DNA of 64,000 nucleotides from Selaginella moellendorffii (Eukaryota; Plantae; Lycopodiophyta): NCBI RefSeq assembly GCF_000143415.4, contig NW_003314327.1, positions 981,403 to 1,045,402 of the forward strand, read 5' to 3'. Shown piece by piece: positions 37,793 to 48,700 of this stretch (position 1 is its first letter; each line of letters starts with the position of its first letter). The notes under the pieces were generated by a model. It saw only the letters and a program-made list of their open reading frames with translations, ran no database searches and was not told where the DNA came from. The position numbers and the translations under genes were made by a program.

Positions 37793-40700
37793 TTAATTGA
37801 ACTTTGCATAAGTACATAGAGTTTTGCCATGCAGAAATTCCTCCACTAGATCTCGCACGTTCGCTAGGTTCTCCTCCGGTTCCCATGTTGCTTCGCAGTG
37901 TGGAAATCCTTTCCACTTCACATGGAACTCTCTCACCTCGCGTCCTTGTCGCTTGCTCTTGCGTGCATTGAGGATGGCCTCGACTTCGTATTCCTCCTCC
38001 CCTTGGATAACCTCAGGTAAAGGTCTTACTTGGTCCTTGCGAAGCGGATCCTCAAAATACGGCTTGAGCAAGTTCACGTGGAACATGGGATGCATCTTCC
38101 CCATCTCTCGAGGAAGTCGGAGACGGTAAGCCACTTTACCGATTCGAGCCTCAATCTCGTAAAGCCCCGCGAACCTGCTTAAGGAACTCAAGATCAATTC
38201 ATTTACAGGAATACATGCATTTTTACCTTTGGGTCAACTTTCGGCTGATCCCACTTGGTAGCCTAAGGTCCTTGGTGTTCAGCCACACCTTCTCCCTAGC
38301 TTGGAACTCCACATCCCGACGCTTTTGGTTCGCGTACTTAGTTTGCCTTTGTTGAGCCCGTTCCAAGGAATCCCTCACTAGATTCCAAATGTTGAGTCTT
38401 TCCGCCGTGAATGCCTCCACTGCGGGTAACTCTCCATGATACTCGGCCACGCCGAATTCCACAGGACCTTCAATAGCTCGCCCATTGATGACTTCCCATG
38501 GACTCACCCCGATGCTCGAATGTGGTGAGTTGTTATAACACATTTCCGCAAGTCCCAAATGATTTACCCAATCGGTCTGGTCTTCTGAGACATAGCATCG
38601 CAAATAATCCTCCAGCTGCCTATTCACCCTTTCCATTTGTCCGTTTGTCAAGAAGTGTTAGTGCCATCAACTTGACTTAATACCCCATACCTGTCTGTGG
38701 GTGATAGGTTGTGCTGAATTTCAACTTGGTGCGATACTGTTCTAGGAGTGTCCTCCAGAACCTACTGGTGAAGATCTTATCTCGATCTGAGATAATCTCT
38801 TCCGGCCTTCCCCGCAGTCGAACCACTTGTTCGAAGAACAGCTTCGCCACACCTTCCGCATCCACTTCTGTTGTGGTGGGTATGAAATGTGCCATCTTTG
38901 AAAATCGGTCCACCATCACGAATATCGCATCGAACCCCTCGCTTGGGGGTAGTCCCGTGATGAAGTCCATCGTGAGACACTTCCACGGACGATCTGGAAT
39001 TGGGATGCTTTGCAACAAGCCCCCACTAGCCTTAGTCACGACTTTGACTTGCTGACATGTTGGACATGTCTTTACATAGTCTTGGACGTCCTTAGCCATA
39101 TCTGGCCAATGGTACTTCCTCTTGAGTAAGCCCATCGTCTTGGGCACTCCGCCGTGTCCCGCAAGAGGTCCGTCATGACACTCTTCTAAGGCTACCTTCC
39201 TTAGTTCCCCTTCTGGAACATACACCCTCGTTTGCTTGTAATAGATGAGTCCGTTGTGTTCCGCATAGCCCGTTTTCTCTTCCGTCGGCAGCTCACCTCT
39301 CTGGTGAGCTTCCCGCGCCTCTAGATTCCTCAGCAACACTTCTTGTGCTAGACCATCGTTCTCATATGCTGTCCGCACATCGTCCCAGAAGGTTGCTGTT
39401 GCGCTGGATATCGCTAATTTCAAGCTCGCTTTTCAACTTAGCGCATCCGCCACGATGTTGCTCTTCCCAGGCTTGTACAGAATTTCGCAATCAAACTCGG
39501 CCAAGGTATTGGCCCACCGACCTTGTTTCCCTCTCAGGTCGGGCTGTGACAAGAAGTGTTTCGTTGCCACATTGTCCGTGTAAACCTTGAAGTGTCTCCC
39601 AAGGTAGTGTCGCCACTCCTTAAGCGCCTTGACCACCGCAAACAGTTCCTTCTCATGGGCAAGCCACTTCCGTTGAGCCTTGTCCAACTTCTTCGAGAAG
39701 AACGCTACTGGATGGTTGTCTTGCTTCAAAACTGCGCCCAACGCAAAGTCCGAAGCATCCGTTTCTACCTCAAAGTCCTTACCAAAGTCTGGTAATGCCA
39801 ACACTGAAGCCTTCCTCAACTTCCCTTTGAGGTGGACAAATGCCGCCTCGCATTTTGCTGTCCATACCATTTTCCCTTTTCCTGTTTGGTCCGTTAAGGG
39901 CAGGGCTACTCTCGAATAGTGTCTAATAAAATTTCGGTAGTAGTTGCATAGCCCCAAGAATGCCCTTAACTCGTGTACATTCGATGGTCGTTCCCATTCC
40001 TGGATCGCTTGGACCTTCTCCGGGTCCACCTTGAGCCCGTCCTGGCCCACCACATGCCCGAGAAACTTTACCTCTTGTTGAGCAAAGTCACATTTGCTCT
40101 CTTTAGCATACAGTTTGTGTTCCCTTAGTTTCTCAAACACCTTCGCCAAGTGTTCGACATGCTCCTCTAGCGTCTTGCTATAGATCAGGATGTCGTCGAT
40201 ATAGACGACCACAAAGTGATCCAGATAGGGTACAAAGATGTGGTTCATCAACGCCGAAAACGTTGCCGGTGCATTGCATAGCCCAAAAGGCATCACCAGA
40301 AACTCAAAGCTCCCATACCTCGTTCGATAGGTTGTCTTCTCGACATCTTCCTCAGCTACCCTGATCTGGTAGTATCCTGACCTTAGGTCAATCCTCGAGA
40401 AGTATTTTGCCTTTCCCAACCTATCGAACAGGTCCTCGATCCTTGGCAAAGGGTACTTGTTCTTCTTGGTATACTTGTTGAGCAACCGGTAGTCTATGCA
40501 TATGCGCATAGATCCATCTTTCTTTTTCACAAATAGCACCGGCACCCCATACGGCGACTTGCTCAACCTAACATACCCTTTGTTCACCAACTCCTCTAGA
40601 TGGCGCTTGAGCTCCGCGAGTTCTTTTTCGTTCAATCGATAGGGTGGACGAACCACAGCCTCAGCACCCTCAACCAGCTCAATCTTATGTTCTATCGGTC

Positions 40701-42564
40701 GTGCGGGGGGCAACCCCGCCAGTAGCTCCTCCAGCATGGTATCCTGGAATTGGTCCAGTACCCGCTGGATCACTAAAGGTACTTCTTCTGTTCTTGTCTT
40801 TTTGTCACTCTTCACCGAGAGTAAGCACAAAAAGGCTGCCTTAGTTCCTTTAGTGAGTTGTCCTCTCGTGGACACCAGGTTTAAGCATGACTCTTTGGCC
40901 TTGCTTTGCCCTACCTTTAGATCCTGGGCCTCCACCCTAGATCTTCTTCCTTGGGCATTCGCCAATACCACAAGGTTCCTACCTTGTCCATGCAGGGCTA
41001 CCACGAACCGATTAAACCAATCCATTCCGAAGATCACGTCAAATCCCGCCATGTCCAAGACAGTGAAATCCATGTCTACTTTCCATGTCCCTACTTCGAC
41101 TCTCGCTTGTCGAAGTACCTCATCGGTGCTTTGGCTACCTTGAACAAACTCTATAGTCCTTGGTTCGCCTAGCCGCTACACCGTTAGTCCGGCTTGCCGG
41201 ACTATGTCTGCAGCCACAAAATTATCCGAGGCACCCGTGTCAATAAGGATCTTAACAAAGCTACCTCCGAGCTTCCCTCGGAGGGCTAGTAGATGTCGCG
41301 AACGACTTTCTACCAAAGTTGCTCGTGTAATGAGTAGCTTTGAGTTAGGGACTAGATCACATACCTCAGTTTGGACTTCACCCGACTTGATGGCCATATT
41401 GGCTCTGGCCTTCTTCGGGTAGGGACATTCCCTCGAGAAGTGTCCCGCTTCGCCGCAGTTGTAGCATACGTTGTTTCCCACGCCGCTATACGACTTGACC
41501 TTCTTATCCGTGGGTTTGTCTCTTTTCGCTTGACTTCCCCATGTACTCGCTCGCTGGCCACCGGATTTGCCTTTCCGAAACCCCGAGGACTCATTCTTAA
41601 AGAAACTCTTCTTGAATTTCCCCTTGCTATATGTTCCCCTCGGTTTGGCCCCTTTGTGAAACGTGGATCCCGACCCCGTCGTGTTCCCCTTTCGCAGGTT
41701 ATCGTTAAAATGCACCTTGATGGCCGCATCCAACACTTCCTTGTAGTTGGTCGGGTTCCAGCGCATCACCTCACCGCGAGCCCAGGTTTGCAGACCTGAT
41801 ATAAACGCATGGAACGCATTCATATCCCCCATGTCCGTGACAAGTATCCTCTTTACCATGAACCCATTCACATATTCCTGGATGGTTCCAGTCTGCTTCA
41901 GCCTACTCAGCTCATCTCTCAGATGCAGAGTGGCATTCGGAGGAACATATGTTGCACGGATCCTCGTCTTCATCATGTCCCAGGTGGCCACTGGTCCTTC
42001 GTTGGCCTCCGTTGTTCTCCACCAAGACTTGGCATTATCTGCCAAGTATGGTTTTGCACATGGGACCTTCTCCGAGCTCGGTAACCTCAACGCTTGGAAG
42101 TAGTCCTCCATATCGTAAAACCAATCCTCCACAACCTTATAGTTGTTCACTCCCTTGAACACCGGTGGGGGCTTTGGTTTGTACTTGGGAACTACCTGAG
42201 GGACTGATTCCACTTCGGTTTGTTCGACCTTGTCTGGTTTTGCCTCAGTCCCTGCCGAAGGGTCTGCACCTTCTGCGCTGCCAGCATCCGCAGTCTTTCG
42301 CTTTTTCTTCCGCTTCTCGTCACGCTTTAACTTGCGTACGAGAGTCTCCAGCAGGGCATTGGTCTGTGCCAACTGTCCTTCTAGCACGTCCAATCGAGCC
42401 TTGGACGACCGAACCTCACCACCGGACTCCTGTTTGGAAGTTTCCTCACTAGAGTCCTCCTCGTGCAAGGATTCCTCATCCATAGCCTCTTGTTCAACCA
42501 GAGGCTCCAGCTCTGGCAGAGGTTCCGTCTCCGCCTGGGTTCGCTTACGCCCTGCCCTTGCCAT
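37793..42564 (-). pseudogene. gag-pol of element B (Gag-ZnK-PR-RT-RH-IN-chromodomain), one frame, 2 nonsense codons and at least 2 intron-like inserts in IN
   Basis: CYNCGEAGHFSREC knuckle; ILIDTGAS; YIDDILI; ETDASD; HHCC; TMDFI/ISDRD/GQMERVN; EEEYEVEAIL..VKWKGF..ATWEPEENL. Confidence 0.93.
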
Positions 42565-45500
42565 CTCCCAGCAATCCGCCTCTATCCTTCGCTAGAACTA
42601 AGGAAAAGGCTCCGATACCAAATTGTAAGCCACAAATTTTTCCTTTCCAATGTCCCTTTCTGTCCATAGCTGTGTTTACCAACATTGCCACTGGATCAAG
42701 GTCTATATGTAAGCCACAAATTTTTCCTTTCCAATTTGCTAGCTCACCTCGTCTATCCATCCGACACTACCTTGGCTTTTGCTAAGTTCCCTCGCCAAGG
42801 TTCTCGCCTATGGTACCAGCTCCTACTTGGTCCTACTTGCTTTCAGCTACTCACTGCACGAGCAACGGAGCGTTAGCCACCATCCACGGATTCCCAATCT
42901 CTCCCAGTCCCCCTCCCCGGGTTAAACTGGACTTAAGGTTCGGCTACACTCCCCGCAAGCACAAGCAGCCAAGCACACCAAGCTTCCAGGTTCCTAACTT
43001 CCCTTGGTACCACAAGACTTGATCATGGGACCCTCTAAATCCCAAGTCTTGAGTGCAACACTTGCTTCGGGACGCTGGGGTGAAACACCGTGGCCTAGCG
43101 GCCCGGTATGGGTACCTTTACCCATGAAGGCCGAAGCCCCTAGGAAGGGCGAGGACCAATGAGCCGCATGGTACTCAAGTGGGGCACCACTCCACATGAG
43201 CCGGGAGCACCACAATCGGTTTCCCTTTTGGGAGTGGGAGCTGCTCTTGAGCACTTCCTTGGATGGCCCCTCCGGCACCAACCAAGTCCATGCTCACTCC
43301 CACCCAAGGCCCCTCGGTCCCAGTCCCAACCTCAAGTCAGTTTAGGAGCCCCACTGGAGAGTCCCTTCTAAACTGGTTCCTGGACCTCACTATCCCTACT
43401 ATACTTTTGGAACCCCCTGCAGCCCCCCCCCCCCCCCTGGGAGACGCACGCTTTGGGCTTTCACCCCTTGACCCGTATTAGTATTTGGACTTAGTCTCTA
43501 GCTCGATCTCGAACCCGATTTCGGATCCGACTTCAGATTCGGTCTCGGACTCGATCTCGGACTCGATCTCGGACCCGATCTCGGACCCGACCTCGGACTC
43601 GACCTCGGACTCGGTCCCGGACCCGATTTCGGATCTCGGACTCTGTCTCGAACTCGGTCTCAAACTCGGACTCGAACTCAGTCCCCGAGTCGGTCTCGGA
43701 CTCGATTCCGGACTCTATCTCGAACTCGGTCCTAGAGTCGGTCTTGGACTCGATCCTTGACTTGGTCCCATCCGATGAAACTCTTTGTCATTTTGGTCAT
43801 GCTTTCGGGGTTCCTTTAGCCTACGACACCTCGGCGAGTTGGTTCTTTACACTATAGGCCTGACCATTAAGTCCCACCTCTTCTGGGACTTCCTTTCTAC
43901 ACGACCGTATCCTTGGTCAATACACCAAAGGACTACTTTTCTTCCTTTCTACAGTTTGGGACTTGGGACAGCATTTCGGAACACCGTGGCCCTACACGAG
44001 CCTCGCAGGTACTCTTCCCGCCTTCCGCCATTGGATGCTCTAGCCATGGGCTTAGAGCGAGATTCCGTTGAGCCATGCCAGGTATCCAAGTAGATAGTGC
44101 CACCCACACTTGGACTAGGAGCATTAACCATTCGATGTCCCAGGGGAACTAAAGTTGGTTCTTGAACACTTCACCAAGCTACCCCGCTTGTCGGTCCATT
44201 TTCACTTTAGTCTTGGCCTTCCCAGTGGTCAATTCATCACCCAACACCTGGGTACAGCCTTTCTAGGCCAAACTGGCTTTTCCTGGCCAAACTAGCTCCA
44301 CTAGGCTCCAACCCCCACACTCTCCCTACTATACTTTTGGAACCCCCTGCAGCCCCCCCTCCCCAGGGGACGATCGCTTTAGGCTTTCACCCAACAGCCT
44401 GTATTAGTATTTGGACTTGGACTTGGTCTCAGCCTCAGACTCAGACTCGGTCTTGGTCTTGGACTCGGACTCGGTCTCGGTCTTGGCCTCGGACTCAACC
44501 TCGGACTCAGACTTGGTCTCGGTCTCGGTCTCAGGTCTCTATCTTGGGTCCATCTTGGACTCCATCTCGGGTCCATCTCGGACTCCATCTCAGATTCCAT
44601 CTCAAACTCCATCTCAGACTCCATCTCGGGTCCATCTCAGACTCCATCTTGGACTCCATCTCGGGTCCATCTTGGACTCCATTTCGGGTCTATCTCGGAC
44701 TCCATCTTGGGTCCATCTCGAGTCCATTTCGAACTCCATCTCGGACTCATTTCGTACACTTCTACGTGTCATGTGTTGGTCCTCTTGTGTCCCTTTTTCA
44801 GAGACTCAGTTATTGCTCACTTCGTGCTTGTTCCTCGAGCCCTTCATTGGGAGTTCTAGTCCTGCTCTCAACCTTTCAAGTCAAAGCTTTTAGTCCAAAC
44901 TTGTTATGCTCGTTTGGCTTTTGCTTTAGCCACCACTATATGGTGCCCTTTCGGCTCCACTTCGGGGCTTAGGGATTTATGTCTCACAACTCCACCACCC
45001 ATAGACGAAGTTCAATGTCCTCATCGAACGATAAACTACTTTATAAAGTAATACTAGTATATATTACTTTTTCCATCCTTGGCACCTAGCCAATATTTGT
45101 CTTTGGTTTGACACAGAAGGCTCACCAAGCCTTGTCCATCCTTTAAAGAGCATAAGCTCTCCAACTTAGAGACTCATTCGAGCATTTGTGGTGGTTCTCT
45201 CCCTTTATTGGTTTAGTTCTTGTTAAATCTGTTAGAGACACTTTCTCTATCTCAATTCCTTGGTTTAGTTCTTGCTAAACTTGTTAGAGACACTTTCTCT
45301 ATCTCAATTCTACTACTCATTCTTGAGTAGTCTCAAATCCCATTGATATAACCTTTGCCCTTTGGAACTTTTAATTTTGACTTCTTAGAGTCCATTTCCT
45401 GGGTGTCTCTGACACCTTGTTTTGCACATTTTGTGCAACTCCACTTCCCCATCCTAGAAAGTTCTCTATTCAAAGGCACCATTATCCTCTTTCCTATTTT

Positions 45501-45753
45501 ATGCCACCTTTGACACTATGTTCCAATAATCATAATTTGTGTTAAGGCTGTACACGGCCCTATCATTTAGCTACTTTGCTGCTCCCTCACTTGGAGCTTT
45601 CACTTTTGCCAAATTGGAGCACTTGCGAATCCATCCTTGGAAGCACACTTCCTTTCCCACAACCCGTTAGCATCCAACACATTAGTGTTCCTTGGCTAAC
45701 TTTGCCATTTGGATTCCTTCCAATGAATCCTATGACCCAAAATTGGCCACTAG

Positions 45754-48700
45754 TATTGGGGGAAGGAGGGGCGCTTCCTCCAACGCTCGCTCAAACACAA
45801 GAAATGCTTCACTGCTCTTCGCAAAATGCCCCCCCCCTTTGCCCTTGTGGGGCAAGGGTTTTATACAAGGAAGATGTGGAATATTCAAAGGACCAGAATA
45901 TTCCCTCTCTCTCTCTCACACTCTCGGTGGCCACGCCCTAACATGCAACCACAGTGGATCACACTAGCTCTAGATGCGCGAGAACCCTCCGAACAGTGTA
46001 GAGTGGACCGCGGCTACTGAGGCCAAGTGCTGGTAACTACGTGAAATAGTAGAAACTCTAGAAAACAAAGTGGAAAAGAAAGAAAAGAGGTAGGTATGAA
46101 GTTTGGAGACAGGGAGGAAAACCCAGTGGGAAACCCTGTAGTCAAACTGGACCTTGAAGTTGAAGAAAAGTGTAGAAAAAGTGTGAAAAGAGGAGGAAAA
46201 TAGAGGAAAAAGAGTGAGCACCCAAAAAACTTAACCAGTGCCTGGATTTCGGCTCAGGAAAGTGTAATATGCAAATGCAACCTCTTGATGACTTTCGGTA
46301 TGCTCCAAGGATTGGCCAAAATCGAGAAAGAAAAAGAGGTAGAAGAGGGGATGCGTTATCCAAGGGTGGTAAGTATGGAAATGATGAAAAATGGAGTGGT
46401 ATGGTGGAGCACCGAGATGGTGGTGGCACTTTGAAAAGGTTGCCATTGATAACTATTGCCCCATAGAGTAAGTGTTGACCACTCGGAGTAGCCAGTAACC
46501 AGTAACTAGTAGCTGGGTACTTGTAACCGGTAACCACTTGCTCTCGCTCCTACTCTTGTGCTTGCTCCGGCACTAATATGGTGGAGCGCTGAGATGGAGG
46601 TTGCACTCCAAAAAGGTGGTCAGTCTAATGTGTCGGACTGAAGAAGTCAATAGGTAAAAAGGACAGCATAGTCACTGGGTTGCCGATAAAGAGAGGTGGC
46701 ATGTGTCCACTAAGTGCTAGAGCAGAAGAAAGTGGCTTTGGCTTCTATAGCTTCGCCTAAAGATCCACCTAGGTGCCTTGAGTGAACAGGTTCACCTGGT
46801 TGGAAGAAAGTCGCTCCAAAAAAGCTAGTGCATCGTCAGCAAATGGTCATAAGGATATCTCACAAACGGCACGTCCAAATGAGGTGGTGTCTTTTGCTGC
46901 TAGTGCATGTATGTGTGTCTGTGGTATAGTGTAAATGTGACCTCATGCAGAGATGTGAATGATGGTGAAAGAATGAAAGATGCAAGACGGGAATCTAGAG
47001 ATAAGTGTGGGCAACACTGCTGGAAGTGATTGGTGATGGAACTGTGAGTGTAGATGATATGGAATGAGTGAGAGGAATGTGTGGGGTGTAGTAATGGTAA
47101 GGGAAGGGCCAAAGAACCTGGAACATAGATTGAGCCAAGTGAGGAACCTCCATACAAATGGCAATGCAGCTTGAGGGCAAAATCCAAAGCATAAGCCACG
47201 GTCCAATGGAGAAACACCCTCTGAAAGTAAGAAAAATAGCCATGAAAGTAAAGTGAAAGAAAGGAAGAAAAAGAAAAAGAAAAAGAAGAAAAAAGGAACG
47301 CCTTACTAAATGAAGTGTTTGAGATGAGAGTGGTTGTGAGCGTGTGGGAGCTCCCATCCATCAGCATCAACTAGCACATATGCTCCACCTCCGATGTATC
47401 GCTGGACAAAGTAGGTGCCGGTCCAGCGAGGGGAGAACTTCGAAGGTGGAGTAAACTCCTTGAGTAGAACAAGATTGCCATCCTCGAATGGTTCGGCAGA
47501 CTGCTAGTGATCAATGACTGACTTGATCTTTTGCTTGCCTCGAAGGAGATGTTTTGATGTGGATCGTCATTGTTCTTCCAAGGCAAGAACCTCCAAGTCA
47601 CATACATGAAGCTTGTCTTCATCACTAAGCTAGATCTCTATTGGAAGCATGGCCTCTGTCCCATAGACAAGGGAGAATGGGGTCGCAGAGATGGATGTCT
47701 TGAAGGATGTCTAAAAGGCCCACCATGCCATAACTAAGTGTTCGTGCCAACGCCTTGGGTGATTCTCCACAAGCTTTGAGATGACTGTCTTCAATATCTT
47801 GTTACTGGATTCCGCCTGGCCATTGCACTCAGGAGAATAGCTGCTGCTCTTCACATGCTTGACCTGTAGCTGTTGGAGAAGATGCATCACACACTTCCGC
47901 CGCATGTGAAAAGTTGGCTGGAACTCTTGAATGGTCACAATCCAAGATAAAGTACGAGGACTGTGAACTAGTCGCTGTAAAAGAAAAGTCAGCACAATAA
48001 AACAAACATGGGAATGGATACAGGCTCCAGCAAGAAAGTGACAAAATCGCTCCAAGGTATAAACAACAGCCATTGCTTCTTTTTCTGCATCCACGTACTT
48101 CTTTCCAATCTCCTCGAACGAATGTGAGGCATAATATGTTGCATGTAGTGGCTTGCCAAGCTGTGAACATTGGAAAAGGTATAGTCCAAAAGCCTCCGTG
48201 CCCGTCGTGATGTAAATTTTGAAAGGAAGTTGTTCTGGTGGTTGGAGTACTAGGGGCTCCATGGTAGGAAATTCTAAACTCAAAGAACTATAACTCGCAT
48301 GCAGCATGTTCGATTGGCTTGATTCTTTCTACCAGTTCTATGTCTGGATGTTATCCTCCATCTCCAAGAAATGGCATGACAGAATACACTCAGAGTCATC
48401 AGCTACCACGATTTTAGTAGGAAGATGTTGGCTGTGTGACACCTTAGATAGTTGCTGAGAAGGATTGAGTTCGGCTGTGTCCTGCGAAAGATGGACCTGG
48501 TCTGGAGTGACTGTGTCATCAAGCTCCATAAGAGAGAGTTGGTCCCATGCAAGAAACAAATCGAGGAGCCCTTCCTTTATCAAGAAACGCTCCAAAAAGC
48601 TGGATATGGGAGCCCATACTTTATAAGCCCCGTCATCAAATAAAGAGGGCCTGTCTAGAGGCTTGGCCTTACTCTTAAATAAAGAGAGTGATGTTGAGAG

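Larger units (their letters stand above)
36234..43851 (-). mobile_element. Full-length Ty3/gypsy chromovirus 'B'; 3' LTR 36234-37389, 5' LTR 42708-43851, TSD CTATA
   Basis: TG..CA LTRs of ~1.15 kb; TSD 36229-36233 / 43852-43856; iMet PBS (rc) ~42609-42620; PPT ATGGGTGGTGGAGT abutting 37389. Confidence 0.95.

Noticed and set aside
41176-41178. Programmed gag-pol stop readthrough
   Set aside because: The stop falls inside protease after the DTG motif and is one transition from CAG; a copy-specific mutation is simpler
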